From: Endomicrobiales bacterium
GTDB taxonomy: Bacteria; Elusimicrobiota; Endomicrobiia; Endomicrobiales; JALOBY01
DNA length: 64,000 bases
Assembly (NCBI GenBank): GCA_963796955.1
Contig: CAWCNJ010000008.1
Span: 480,001-544,000, forward strand
Direction: 5' to 3'
Shown: one piece after another, positions 10,657-20,624 of the stretch
Position numbering within the stretch: position 1 is the first letter of the stretch
Layout of the letters: the number at the start of each line of letters is the position of its first letter
Program-made: the position numbers and the translations under genes
The notes under the pieces: generated by a model
The model's input: the letters and a program-made list of their open reading frames with translations, nothing else
The model's database searches: none
What the model was told of the DNA's origin: nothing

Positions 10657-10685
10657 TTCATATATCACTTTAAATATGGTATACT
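10657..10685 (+). promoter_or_regulatory. Sigma70-type promoter of hflX operon
   Basis: TTCATA-17-TATACT with extended TG; ATG 8 nt after the -10 box. Confidence 0.55.
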
Positions 10686-10693
10686 ACGCGTGA

Positions 10694-11941
10694 ATGGAAC
10701 GTGCAATTCTCGTTAGTGTACAACTTCAAAATACCTCCGACCAACAGGCGCAGGAATCATTGGAAGAACTGGCCAGGCTTACTGAAACGGCCGGGGCGGT
10801 GCCGGTTGAGTTAGTGGTGCAAAAACGAAAGGCTATAGACGCGGCGTATTATATCGGTTGCGGCAAGGCTGTTGAGCTTGCGGAACACGCAAAAGAAACC
10901 GGCATTAAAACAATAATTTTTGACGAAGACTTGCGGCCCAGCCAGCAGAAGAACCTGGAAGAGCTGTTCAGCGCTAAAATAATAGACCGGTCACGGTTGA
11001 TCCTTGATATTTTTGCTTCACGGGCGCGCACGAAAGAAGGTATTTTGCAGGTTGAGCGCGCGCAGCTGGCGTACTATAAGCCGCGCATTACCGCCAGATT
11101 CGGGCGCTTTGAGCAGCAGACCGGCGGTATCGGCACCCGCGGGCCCGGCGAGAGGAAACTTGAAGTTGACCTGCGCCGCATACGCGACCAGATAGTGGAG
11201 CTGGACCGCCAGATTGACCAGATAAAAGAACACCGTGATGTTGTGCGGTCTAAAAGAATAGAGTCGGGCGAGTTGACTGTTGCGATAGCAGGTTATACTA
11301 ACGCCGGTAAATCCACACTGCTTAACACGCTTTCGGGAACTGAATCCGTTTACGCCGACGATAAGCTTTTCGCCACGCTGGACCCGACTACCCGCCGCAT
11401 AAAATTGCCTAACAAACGGTCGGTATTATTTACCGATACGGTAGGCTTCATACGCAAGCTGCCGCACGACCTGGTAGCGGCCTTCCGCGCGACGCTGGAA
11501 GAGATATCGCAGGCCGATTGCATACTGCATCTTGTGGACGTTTCGCACCCTGAATATAAACATCAGATAACGGTCGTTGACGGCGTTTTGAAAGAACTGA
11601 ACGCGCAGCATATACCCACACTGCTGGTTTATAACAAGGCCGATGCCTTGTCGCGCACTACCCGCAGCGCGCTGCTGAGAAAGGACAACGTACTGCTGAT
11701 CTCGGCAAAGACCGGCGAAGGTATACCGCAGCTTATGGCGGCATTAGAAAAGATCCTGGTGCCGAAACTGGCGAAGCATACCGTAACGCTGGATCACGGG
11801 CAGGACAAACTTATATCAAAGCTGTTCGCACAATCCATCGTGAAGAAACAGGTCTATACGGCAGACAAGGTTACGTTAAGCCTTTATTGCACACCTGAGC
11901 AGTGGAAAAAAGTTCAGGCGCTTATCTGGAGAGCATCGTGA
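10694..11941 (+). CDS. hflX: GTPase HflX
   Basis: ILDIFASRARTKEG, GIGTRGPGE, GYTNAGKS, LFATLDPT, DTVGFI. Confidence 0.97.
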   Translation: MERAILVSVQLQNTSDQQAQESLEELARLTETAGAVPVELVVQKRKAIDAAYYIGCGKAVELAEHAKETGIKTIIFDEDLRPSQQKNLEELFSAKIIDRSRLILDIFASRARTKEGILQVERAQLAYYKPRITARFGRFEQQTGGIGTRGPGERKLEVDLRRIRDQIVELDRQIDQIKEHRDVVRSKRIESGELTVAIAGYTNAGKSTLLNTLSGTESVYADDKLFATLDPTTRRIKLPNKRSVLFTDTVGFIRKLPHDLVAAFRATLEEISQADCILHLVDVSHPEYKHQITVVDGVLKELNAQHIPTLLVYNKADALSRTTRSALLRKDNVLLISAKTGEGIPQLMAALEKILVPKLAKHTVTLDHGQDKLISKLFAQSIVKKQVYTADKVTLSLYCTPEQWKKVQALIWRAS

Positions 11942-12459
11942 CACTTGCAAACCAAATAACATTACTGCGCATCATATTGATACCGGTCTTCATTATCTCA
12001 CTCATTGAAGGCAGCCATGTGTGGCCTGTGGTGATATTCACCTTCACGATAATCACGGACGCCATCGATGGCTTTGTAGCACGCAGGCGAAATGAAAAAA
12101 CCAAGCTGGGATCGTTCCTGGACCCGCTCGCCGACAAGATGCTGATGTTCGCCTCATTTATATCCCTGGTTTATCTAAAGGTAATACCCCTGTGGGTATT
12201 TGTGCTTACCATAAGCCGCGACGTGGTAATACTTGCCGGCTGGTTGATAATATATTTTATTACCGACTCACTTGAGATAAAACCGCGCCCGCTTGGAAAA
12301 ATAACCACCATCATACAAATGTGCACGATCTGGTTCATACTTATCGGCGTTCAGCCCGTTGTGCAAATCTCGCTTCTCTATCTTACCGCCGCTGTTACGG
12401 CGATCTCCGGCATTGACTATATTATAGTCGGTTCCAAAAAAGTGGGTCTAAACTCTTGA
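11938..12459 (+). CDS. pgsA: CDP-alcohol phosphatidyltransferase (phosphatidylglycerophosphate synthase)
   Basis: ANQITLLR, DAIDGFVAR...GSFLDPLADK; GTG start overlapping hflX stop. Confidence 0.85.
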   Translation: MTLANQITLLRIILIPVFIISLIEGSHVWPVVIFTFTIITDAIDGFVARRRNEKTKLGSFLDPLADKMLMFASFISLVYLKVIPLWVFVLTISRDVVILAGWLIIYFITDSLEIKPRPLGKITTIIQMCTIWFILIGVQPVVQISLLYLTAAVTAISGIDYIIVGSKKVGLNS

Positions 12460-13859
12460 ACACATTCACCGTCGCGATACTGGGCCGTCCTAACGTCGGC
12501 AAATCAACTATCTTTAACCGCGTGATCGGGCAAAACCGGGCGCTGGTGCACCACACTCCCGGCACAACCCGGGACCGCAACGAACACCTGGTAACGCACG
12601 GCGGCAAAAACTTTACCCTGGTAGACACGGGCGGCTGGGCGGACGATTCTTCAGTGTTTTCTCCCGCGGTGCGGGGCCAGATGGAAACGGCCATGAAACA
12701 GGCAGACCTTATCCTTTTCACGGTGGACGCTAAAACCGGCCCCACTAATCTGGACAACGATCTTTTCCGCCTGCTAAAGAAACAGAACAAGCCGATCGTA
12801 TTAGTCGTCAACAAGATTGACGCGCCCTCCGACGAATACCGGCTCGCCGAATTTTATAAGTATGGCATCAGCGAGGAAGTTACCGTCTCGGCAGTACACG
12901 GCACCAATTTCCAAAAGCTGTTGGACACGGTAGCCCGTTACGTTCCCGCGGGCCTGCCGGAAGAAGCCGCCCCTAAAAAAGAATCGGCGATCAAGATAAT
13001 TCTCTGCGGCAAACCAAACGTCGGGAAATCCTCCCTGATCAACGCGCTGATAAACGAAGAACGTGTTATCGTCGACAGCCGCCCCGGCACTACCCGGGAA
13101 GCCATTGATGTTCGTCTTGAAAAAGACGGTCATAAGTACGTAATCACGGATACCCCCGGCCTGCACCGCCGTCATAAATTCACCACCGATATGGAATATC
13201 TCATGGCGCTCTCCACCCGAAAGGCCGTGGAACACGCTGACGTCGCCGTGTTGTTAATGGATGCCACACAGGAGATCGGCGAGACGGAATCGCGCATAGC
13301 CCAGATCATTCTGGAAAGCGGCAGGGCCTGCGTTATCGCTATGAACAAGTGGGATGCCGTTATAGACCGGGAAGCCGCGACAAAATTCATACGCAGGGAA
13401 CTTGAGCTGAAAATGCCGTTCTTGGCTTACGTAAAATTGTTATATGTTTCGGCGAAAGAAGGTCTAAGGCTGGACCGTATTCTGGATGAAGTCCGGGCCG
13501 CAAAAGAAGAACACGGCAAGACCGTGGCGCAGGATGAGCTGAACGAAGTCATCCGTACCGCACAGAGCAGGCGTATATTGTCGCGCATGGGAAAACACCT
13601 GATAATCCAAAAGACCGAGCAGATAGGCCACAATCCGCCCGCATTTGTATTTGTGGTAAACAACCGGGAACTGGTGCATTTCTCATACGAACGATACCTT
13701 GAGAACTGCATCCGTGAGAAATTCGGCTTTGCCGGCACACCGATAATGTTAAAGTTCAGGAGCGGCAAACGCGGCGGACCTAACGCTGATAAACCCCTAA
13801 AGACACAAAGCGGCAAGGCCAAGGCATTTAAATCCGACAGCCGCAAGAAAAAACACTAG
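12456..13859 (+). CDS. der: Ribosome biogenesis GTPase Der
   Basis: Two GTPase domains (GRPNVGKS, GKPNVGKS) and KH-like C-terminus. Confidence 0.97.
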   Translation: MNTFTVAILGRPNVGKSTIFNRVIGQNRALVHHTPGTTRDRNEHLVTHGGKNFTLVDTGGWADDSSVFSPAVRGQMETAMKQADLILFTVDAKTGPTNLDNDLFRLLKKQNKPIVLVVNKIDAPSDEYRLAEFYKYGISEEVTVSAVHGTNFQKLLDTVARYVPAGLPEEAAPKKESAIKIILCGKPNVGKSSLINALINEERVIVDSRPGTTREAIDVRLEKDGHKYVITDTPGLHRRHKFTTDMEYLMALSTRKAVEHADVAVLLMDATQEIGETESRIAQIILESGRACVIAMNKWDAVIDREAATKFIRRELELKMPFLAYVKLLYVSAKEGLRLDRILDEVRAAKEEHGKTVAQDELNEVIRTAQSRRILSRMGKHLIIQKTEQIGHNPPAFVFVVNNRELVHFSYERYLENCIREKFGFAGTPIMLKFRSGKRGGPNADKPLKTQSGKAKAFKSDSRKKKH

Positions 13860-13861
13860 TC

Positions 13862-14467
13862 ATGAAATATATAATTTATTTCGTTTGCTCTTATGTATTC
13901 GGTTCGATACCGTTCAGCTGGCTGATAGCAAAATTCTGCAAAGGCATAGACCTGCGGGAACATGGTTCCGGCAATCCCGGCGCGACGAACGTTACCCGCA
14001 CCTGCGGCGTCGGCCTTGGAAGAGTTGCTTTCGCGCTTGACCTTGCCAAAGGCATGCTGCCGGTCCTGTTGGCGCGCCAATTCCTGACGCACGATGCCGC
14101 ACCGCTTATAGCCATAGGCGTCTGCGCTATCGCCGGTCATATGTGGACGATCTTCCTTAAATTCAAAGGCGGCAAAGGCGTTGCCACTTCGGCTGGCGTA
14201 TTCTTCGGCTTATTACCGTTACCGACGGCGTTAGCTCTCGCACTGTTTAGCGTTGTCTTCCTCATATGGCGTATGATATCGCTGGCATCGATCGTAGCCG
14301 CCCTGTCGCTTCCCGTGATCGCGATACTCACTCATCAAAATACGGCTTTCACCGTTTTTGGAGCGCTCATCGCGGTTTTCATAGTAATCAAACACATGCC
14401 CAACATTAAACGCATCCTCGCGGGCACTGAACAAAAATGGACGAAAGAACAAGGAACCGCTAAATGA
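13862..14467 (+). CDS. plsY: Glycerol-3-phosphate acyltransferase PlsY
   Basis: GSGNPGATN, GH...FKGGKGVAT, KH..NI.R. Confidence 0.96.
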   Translation: MKYIIYFVCSYVFGSIPFSWLIAKFCKGIDLREHGSGNPGATNVTRTCGVGLGRVAFALDLAKGMLPVLLARQFLTHDAAPLIAIGVCAIAGHMWTIFLKFKGGKGVATSAGVFFGLLPLPTALALALFSVVFLIWRMISLASIVAALSLPVIAILTHQNTAFTVFGALIAVFIVIKHMPNIKRILAGTEQKWTKEQGTAK

Positions 14468-15495
14468 AAAAAACGATAGCTGTTTTAGGCGCAGGCTCCT
14501 GGGGCCTTACCCTGGCAGAGCTGCTCAACAACAACGGCCATGCCGTGACCGTTTGGGAATATAATGCCGACGCTGCCGCGCGTCTTGAGCGCGAAAGAAG
14601 CCTTTCATTTTTTCCGCAATTAAAGCTGCATACGGACATTTCAGTGACCGCCGATATCGCCGCTGCCTGCGCTGAAAAAGATTTCATTTTACTGGTGGTA
14701 CCTTCTCACGCATTTCGGGCCACGATCCAGGCTTTGAAACGGAGCGGCGCCGACACCTCCAAATCGGTCTTTGTCTCCGCTACCAAAGGCATCGAGAACG
14801 ATTCCCTTAAACGCATGTCGCAAATAATCGCCGAAGAGATCCCTGATGCGGCGCGACGCATCGTAGTGCTCTCTGGCCCCACGCACGCCGAAGAAGTTCA
14901 GGCACGGATACCCACCGCCGCGACGCTTGCTTCTATAAATAGTAAAACGGCCGAAGCCGCCAGAGAGATACTGTCTACCTCCTATTTCCGCCTGTATACC
15001 CATAACGATGTTATCGGTGTTGAGACGGGGGCCGCGCTTAAGAATATTTTAGCTATCGCATCCGGTATTTGCGACGGGCTTGGCCTTGGCGACAACACAA
15101 AGGCCGCGCTGGTTACCCGCGGCCTTAGAGAGATGGTAAAGCTCGGTGTTACCATGGGCGGCCAACCGACAACCTTTTTCGGTCTCACCGGTCTTGGAGA
15201 CCTGATAGTAACGTGTTTTTCTAAACACTCGCGCAACCGCGCAATGGGTGAAAAACTTGGCAGGGGCGAGAAAGCTTCTGATGCTGAACGTGAACTGATA
15301 ATGGTCGCTGAAGGGGTTAAGACTTCCAGGTCCGCTTATGACCTTGCCAAGAAATATCAGTTGGACCTGCCAATAATCAACGAGGTTTACCGGGTACTCT
15401 ACGAAGGCAAAGACCCTAAGGAAGCGGTGCAGGGGTTGATGAGCCGCGAATCCAAACCCGAAAGCATGCCCGGCGTTGACGGATTAGTATTGTAA
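14464..15495 (+). CDS. gpsA: NAD(P)H-dependent glycerol-3-phosphate dehydrogenase
   Basis: GAGSWG, ATKGIE, SGPTHAEEV, GLGDLIVTC, SRN. Confidence 0.97.
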   Translation: MKKTIAVLGAGSWGLTLAELLNNNGHAVTVWEYNADAAARLERERSLSFFPQLKLHTDISVTADIAAACAEKDFILLVVPSHAFRATIQALKRSGADTSKSVFVSATKGIENDSLKRMSQIIAEEIPDAARRIVVLSGPTHAEEVQARIPTAATLASINSKTAEAAREILSTSYFRLYTHNDVIGVETGAALKNILAIASGICDGLGLGDNTKAALVTRGLREMVKLGVTMGGQPTTFFGLTGLGDLIVTCFSKHSRNRAMGEKLGRGEKASDAERELIMVAEGVKTSRSAYDLAKKYQLDLPIINEVYRVLYEGKDPKEAVQGLMSRESKPESMPGVDGLVL

Positions 15496-15528
15496 TATAA
15501 AGTCCCGAAGTTGATTTCCGGGGGAACG

Positions 15529-15786
15529 ATGAACAAAAAAGGTCTTATAACAGCTTTAACAAAAGTGCTCAGCACCAAAAAAGAGGCGCGGGACGCGGTT
15601 GAAACCCTTTTCGCCACGATCAGGCAGGAATTGCGCCTTGGCAGAAAAGTGATAGTATCGGGCTTTGGCAGTTTTCAACCACACGTGACCCGCGCAAAAC
15701 GCGGCAGGAACCCGGCCACCGGTGAAAAGCTGCATATTCAACCAAGAAAGAAAGTAAGGTTCCGCCAGGCAAAAGACTTATTCTAG
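15529..15786 (+). CDS. HU/IHF family DNA-binding protein
   Basis: MNKKGLI...GFGSF...GRNPATGE...VRFR. Confidence 0.92.
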   Translation: MNKKGLITALTKVLSTKKEARDAVETLFATIRQELRLGRKVIVSGFGSFQPHVTRAKRGRNPATGEKLHIQPRKKVRFRQAKDLF

Positions 15787-15859
15787 TCTTAATTTGCCGA
15801 CGATTTCCTTGACAGATACCGGCCACTTTGGTAACATGTGATGAATCTGAGGGAACAAC

Positions 15860-16225
15860 ATGGTAGATACGCCCCCTATTCCCGATAAAGAATACTTTTC
15901 CATCGGTGAAGTAAGCCGTATAACGCAGTCGCCGCCATACGTGCTTCGCTACTGGGAAAGTGAGTTCAAAAGCCTGCGGCCGCCTCGCAGAAGCTCGGGT
16001 CAGAGAAAATATACACGCAGAGAGATCGAACTGGTCTTTCGTATACGCGAACTGTTGTACGAGAAGAAATACACGATAGCAGGCGCAAAAAAGACGATCC
16101 TTGGCGACAAACGCAAAAAGCCTGAAACACAATTGCACTTTCAAATGGGTCCGATCATAGACCCGAATGTCATAATAGAAGTAAAACGAGAGCTGGAAGA
16201 GATCCTTAAAACGTTAAAAGCTTAA
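15860..16225 (+). CDS. MerR family transcriptional regulator
   Basis: YFSIGEVS...VLRYWESEF; conserved ihf-merR-tRNA-Pro context. Confidence 0.92.
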   Translation: MVDTPPIPDKEYFSIGEVSRITQSPPYVLRYWESEFKSLRPPRRSSGQRKYTRREIELVFRIRELLYEKKYTIAGAKKTILGDKRKKPETQLHFQMGPIIDPNVIIEVKRELEEILKTLKA

Positions 16226-16251
16226 AACAAGAACAAGACCCCATGATTTAT

Positions 16252-16325
16252 CGGGGCGTAGCGTAGTTGGCTAGCGCACTCCCTTGGGGTGGGAGAGGTC
16301 GGCGGTTCAAGTCCGCCCGCCCCGA
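16252..16325 (+). tRNA. tRNA-Pro(GGG)
   Basis: Acceptor CGGGGCG/CGCCCCG, anticodon arm CTCCC-TTGGGGT-GGGAG, GGTTCAAGTCC; no encoded CCA. Confidence 0.96.
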
Positions 16326-16335
16326 TGTCAGTTAA

Positions 16336-16367
16336 CAGCCCGTAAATTTTAACAAATTTACGGGCTG
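16336..16367 (+). terminator. Perfect 14-bp hairpin downstream of tRNA-Pro
   Basis: CAGCCCGTAAATTT-TAAC-AAATTTACGGGCTG; weak U-tract. Confidence 0.5.
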
Positions 16368-16390
16368 AGGTTTAATTAAAGGTAAAAATC

Positions 16391-16756
16391 ATGAGATGGT
16401 TCCTTAGATCAAAGATACATAAAGCTACGGTAACCCAGGCTGAAATAGCCTACACCGGCAGCATAACCATAGATTCCGCACTGCTCGAAATAGTAGGATT
16501 ACTGGAAGGGGAGAAAGTGCTCGTCTCCAGTATCACCAGCGGCGCGCGCCTGGAAACCTACATCATCCCCGGCCCCAAAGATTCCGGCGTTATCTGCATG
16601 AACGGTGCCGCCGCCCACTTAATTAAAGCCGGTGAAGTAATAATCATCATGGGCTTCGAACTCTCCGACACCCCCGTCCAACCCAAAAATATCCTCGTAG
16701 ACCACAAAAACCATTTCGTAAAATATCTGCAGAACACGCCTACAGAAAAGGCCTAG
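16391..16756 (+). CDS. panD: Aspartate 1-decarboxylase
   Basis: SKIHKATVT, YTGSITID cleavage site, RLETY, NGAAA. Confidence 0.96.
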   Translation: MRWFLRSKIHKATVTQAEIAYTGSITIDSALLEIVGLLEGEKVLVSSITSGARLETYIIPGPKDSGVICMNGAAAHLIKAGEVIIIMGFELSDTPVQPKNILVDHKNHFVKYLQNTPTEKA

Positions 16757-16810
16757 TTAAACTTGTTTAAGTTATTGAGCACCAGGAAGATTGACCAAAC
16801 ACAACAACTG

Positions 16811-17491
16811 ATGGTGGGGGATATAGTTGTTGAGGTGACAAGGAAGCAGGTGCGGCGGTTAAGGCTTTGCGTTGCGCCGCCGCTGGGCCTTGCGCGGATA
16901 GCGGCACCGCTGTTTATCAGCGACAATGTCATCAGGGCGTTCGCTCTGTCAAAGATCGCCTGGATAAAAAAACACCAACTCAAATTTGCCGGGATGGCGG
17001 TAGAATCTCCCAAACAGTATACCTCGCAGGAAACGCACTCCTACCTCGGAAAGACATATACGCTGCTGGTTGAAGAACAAGCAGGCAGACAAGGCGCACG
17101 TTGTGAGGATAACAAAATAATCATTCGGGCGAGGCCGCAAGCCGGAATGAATGCGCGAAAAGAAATACTGTATAGTTGGTACCGCGATAACCTGAAAAAA
17201 TTGTACCCGGCCATCGTCGACCGATATGAACGCTTAATGAAGGTTTCGGTCAATGAAGTCGGCATTAAGAAGATGAAGACCCGGTGGGGCACATGCAACA
17301 GGGTCTCAGCCAGGATATGGTTGAACCTTGAACTTGCCAGGCAGCCGCTGGAAAACATAGAATACATTATAGTTCACGAAATGGTGCATCTGTTGGAACG
17401 CGGCCATAACAAAAGATTCTATTCATTAATGGACGAGTACCTGCCGGGCTGGCGCCAGTGCAAGCATAGCTTGCACACCACAAGATTATAA
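16811..17491 (+). CDS. YgjP/DUF45 (SprT-like) zinc metallohydrolase
   Basis: MKTRWGTC, YIIVHEMVH...HNKRF; start uncertain (frame open from 16763). Confidence 0.88.
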   Translation: MVGDIVVEVTRKQVRRLRLCVAPPLGLARIAAPLFISDNVIRAFALSKIAWIKKHQLKFAGMAVESPKQYTSQETHSYLGKTYTLLVEEQAGRQGARCEDNKIIIRARPQAGMNARKEILYSWYRDNLKKLYPAIVDRYERLMKVSVNEVGIKKMKTRWGTCNRVSARIWLNLELARQPLENIEYIIVHEMVHLLERGHNKRFYSLMDEYLPGWRQCKHSLHTTRL

Positions 17492-17522
17492 TAATCTGAC
17501 ACAACTAATAGGAAGGTGTTTA

Positions 17523-18197
17523 GTGAGCAGGGCGATCGAGAGCAAAGAAGAATTCGATAAAATACTTAAGGAACAGCCGCGCGTGTTCGTACTGTTTTAC
17601 GCTTCATGGTGCCCTTACTGCAGGGCCTTCCTTCCTGTTTTCGAGGAACGAACAGCCGGGGATGAAACCGATTTTTGCCGCGTCTCAACGGCACAACTGC
17701 CTGAGTGCGAAGATAGTTTCGCGATAGAAGTATTGCCGACTGTGATATACTTCGAATCCGGGAAAGAACGTGAACGCCTGAAGGGCACGAGGGGCAAAGG
17801 GCTTACGGCAGAAGAACTTTCCGCTTTTCTCGGTTCCTGCCGGGACTCCGGTGAACCAACTTTGCCGCCTGCGAGCCAGGCGCAAAAAAAATGCCCTTTC
17901 TGCGCCGAGATGATCCAGCCCGCGGCTATCAAGTGCCGTTTTTGCGGAGAGTTCCTTACGCCGCGAACCGGGACAAAGTGGTATAGCAAAACATCTTTCA
18001 TTGTCACAGCATTTTTAATGGTGGGGCCCCTGGCGCTGCCTCTGATATGGATACACCCCGGGTTAAGTAAAACAAAAAAGATAATTATCACCGTTGTACT
18101 AGCGGGTGTCTCATATTTCGTTATCGTACAACTAATCACCTCCATAAGAACCATTACCTCGTATTACAAAACCCTTAACTCTTTCTCAATTCAATAA
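17523..18197 (+). CDS. Thioredoxin domain fused to zinc ribbon and two TM helices
   Basis: FYASWCPYC; CPFCAE...KCRFCGE; C-terminal hydrophobic pair. Confidence 0.7.
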   Translation: MSRAIESKEEFDKILKEQPRVFVLFYASWCPYCRAFLPVFEERTAGDETDFCRVSTAQLPECEDSFAIEVLPTVIYFESGKERERLKGTRGKGLTAEELSAFLGSCRDSGEPTLPPASQAQKKCPFCAEMIQPAAIKCRFCGEFLTPRTGTKWYSKTSFIVTAFLMVGPLALPLIWIHPGLSKTKKIIITVVLAGVSYFVIVQLITSIRTITSYYKTLNSFSIQ

Positions 18198-18286
18198 AAA
18201 GAAATCGGTCAGTACGCGGCATTGATTTCCGTTCTTGGAAATGACAAAATCAAAACACGTAAAATATTCCTAAAGGAGAATTCGCA

Positions 18287-18841
18287 ATGATCAGAAAAAT
18301 TGCGGTGTTTGCTGCGGCGATATGTATTTCGTGTTCGGTATGGGCGGATAAAACGGACCATTTTAACCTGTCACTGGTGCCTCCGGTCGAAACCTCGTCG
18401 AACCGCTACATCGAAGGATTGGACCTGGGTATTCTTTCAACGACAAAAGACAAGGTTGAGGGCGTTCAAACCGGTTTCATATATGCGGCGAACAAGGATA
18501 CTTCGACAGGCTTGCAATTTGCCATGGTAACCAGATCGCACGAATTCTACGGTCTGCAGGAAGGTTTTGTAAATATGAGTGAAAAATTATACGGAGAAAG
18601 TTCGGGCTTTGTGAATATCTCGAAAGAAGTATGGGGCGCCTCCAGCGGCTTTGTTAACGTCAGCGAAAAAGTGAAAGGCGTCATGGGCGGCTTTGTGAAC
18701 GTTTCCGACGAGATGAGCGGTTTGCAAATAGGCTTTGTGAACTACACGCAAGACATTGAAGGCATTCAAATAGGCCTCGTAAACATTATCACAAGATCTT
18801 CACTGCCGGTAATGGTTATTGTTAATGGCAGGTTTAAATAA
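18287..18841 (+). CDS. Secreted GxxN-repeat protein (LA_2272-like surface repeat)
   Basis: Signal peptide; 13-aa repeats G-x-Q/S-x-GFVN; ends VMVIVNGRF. Confidence 0.8.
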   Translation: MIRKIAVFAAAICISCSVWADKTDHFNLSLVPPVETSSNRYIEGLDLGILSTTKDKVEGVQTGFIYAANKDTSTGLQFAMVTRSHEFYGLQEGFVNMSEKLYGESSGFVNISKEVWGASSGFVNVSEKVKGVMGGFVNVSDEMSGLQIGFVNYTQDIEGIQIGLVNIITRSSLPVMVIVNGRFK

Positions 18842-18864
18842 TAACCGGATCATACGTTTACACC

Positions 18865-18907
18865 AAAAAGGGCCTGACACGATATGTTCGATGTCAGGAC
18901 CCTTTTT
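18865..18907 (+). terminator. Intrinsic terminator
   Basis: AAAAAGGG-CCTGACA ... TGTCAGG-A-CCCTTTTT. Confidence 0.7.
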
Positions 18908-18913
18908 AATGCC

Positions 18914-18942
18914 TTGCGCTACGGCACGTGAATATATACAAT
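18914..18942 (+). promoter_or_regulatory. Sigma70-type promoter, probably leaderless transcript
   Basis: TTGCGC-17-TACAAT, in-frame ATG 6 nt downstream. Confidence 0.5.
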
Positions 18943-18948
18943 GAGGCC

Positions 18949-20568
18949 ATGAGAACGTTCGTCAACAGCAAACGCGACATGATCATCATTGTTTTAGTTG
19001 TTCTCGCCACAACACTTCCCTTTGTGAACCGCGCATTTTTCATCGATGATTACTATCACGTTACGATGGCAAAAGGGATCATTGAAAACCCGCTAAGACC
19101 GTATGATTTCAGGAGCGACGATAATATAGAGAATGTAAAAAGCTGGGAGCGGGGAAACCTGCCCCGCATGGTCAACCCGCCCTTAATGCATTACTACCTC
19201 GCCGCGATCATTTCGTTGTTTGGTTCCGCTTTGTGGAAACTCAGGCTCTCTTACCTGTTGTTCGCATGTGTGGCGGCGATCGCCATGTATCTGATGGCAG
19301 GAAGATTCACACGCTACCCGCTGGCAGCGGCGCTGTTGTTCACATGCAGCCCGGCTTTCGTGCTGAGTTCATACACCTTAATGCTGGACATGATGATGAT
19401 CGCGTTATTCCTGGCAGGCTTTGAATGCTTTATGCGCGGTTGTGAAAATGATAGTTGGACTTATTTGATCTGCGCCGGTATATTGCTTGCCCTTTCACCT
19501 ATGGTGAAATACACAGGTTATTACACATATCTGTTCGTTGGCGCCTGGTTCTTCTTAAATTACCTTAAGGACTTTAGAAAATACCGGTATCTTGTCATAT
19601 TCGCGATCCCTTTTTTGATAACAGCGGGTTGGTACTGGTGGAATGTAGCGGCATACGGGCAATCGCATTTGCTCGCCTCGGTCAAGAGATTCGTGCCGGG
19701 ATCGAATATATTCAAGTTGATCGTGAGCCTGGTGTTCTTGAGCGGGGTCAGCCTGTTTACTTTCGTCTACGAAGCCCTATTGATTAAAAAACATATATTG
19801 GTATTATGCGTCTCCTTCCTGGTCGGCGCTGGCCTGACGGTATTTCTCTGTTCTCCGTTCGGAGGATTCAATATCACGCAAGCGGCGCTCCTTTCCGCGA
19901 TGCTGCTCAACAGTCTTACCGTATGCTGGTTACTTCTAAACCAGGCCCGCCGAAATAATACATTTCTTTTATTCTGGTTTTTCACCGGTGCGATCCTGGT
20001 GATACTGCCGATCCCCTGGGTGGCCGGAAGATACTATTTATTAGTGATGCCGGCGCTGAGCATATTGACGATAGAAATGGTTGCACAAAATTTTGAAAGG
20101 TACCGGATGCCGCTTATCTGGCTTACCGTGGGCGTCACTGGTATCGGCACTATCGCCCTGGCGTCTGCCGATTATATGCAGGCCGGTGTTTATAAAGCCA
20201 TTGCCCGTGACGTAGAAACCTCGGATGCAGTTCAAAATGCTCCTGGAAAAAAAATTGTGTTGGGGGATACGTTCTTCGGCTACAGCTGCTATTTGAAAGA
20301 TAACGGCTGGCGTGTTATTTTTGACAGCTCTCAGGTTTCACGCGGCGATCTTTTACTCGCGTCGATGCAGTCTATTCCCAGAATATCGCGCCCCAGATGG
20401 GATCTGAAATTGAAAGAGATCGCCCATTTTACATACCGGACAAGGTATCCTTTTCGAATTATGGACTTGTACTCCAGCGCGGGCTTTTACGCCTCCTCCG
20501 GAGGGGCGCTGCCATTTTCAGTTTCGACCGGGCCTTTAGACACGTTCGTATTGTATCTGGTGATTTGA
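18949..20568 (+). CDS. ArnT/PMT-like (GT-C fold) membrane glycosyltransferase
   Basis: About 11-13 TM, FIDD acidic motif, NPPL, KY, RY motifs; alternative GTG start at 18928. Confidence 0.8.
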   Translation: MRTFVNSKRDMIIIVLVVLATTLPFVNRAFFIDDYYHVTMAKGIIENPLRPYDFRSDDNIENVKSWERGNLPRMVNPPLMHYYLAAIISLFGSALWKLRLSYLLFACVAAIAMYLMAGRFTRYPLAAALLFTCSPAFVLSSYTLMLDMMMIALFLAGFECFMRGCENDSWTYLICAGILLALSPMVKYTGYYTYLFVGAWFFLNYLKDFRKYRYLVIFAIPFLITAGWYWWNVAAYGQSHLLASVKRFVPGSNIFKLIVSLVFLSGVSLFTFVYEALLIKKHILVLCVSFLVGAGLTVFLCSPFGGFNITQAALLSAMLLNSLTVCWLLLNQARRNNTFLLFWFFTGAILVILPIPWVAGRYYLLVMPALSILTIEMVAQNFERYRMPLIWLTVGVTGIGTIALASADYMQAGVYKAIARDVETSDAVQNAPGKKIVLGDTFFGYSCYLKDNGWRVIFDSSQVSRGDLLLASMQSIPRISRPRWDLKLKEIAHFTYRTRYPFRIMDLYSSAGFYASSGGALPFSVSTGPLDTFVLYLVI

Positions 20569-20593
20569 CCTTATGTCTTCAATTTGGTAGTAT
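20565..20593 (+). promoter_or_regulatory. Sigma70-type promoter upstream of tandem repeat and tRNA-Pro
   Basis: TTGACC-17-TAGTAT with TG extension; TGCAAT-N5-ATTGCA inverted repeat at 20595-20611. Confidence 0.55.
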
Positions 20594-20624
20594 TTGCAAT
20601 AACAAATTGCACTTACGAATTGTA

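Noticed and set aside
18560..18790. 39-bp periodic GGCTTTGT.AA repeats as a DNA repeat array
   Set aside because: In-frame coding repeats (GFVN) with synonymous variation
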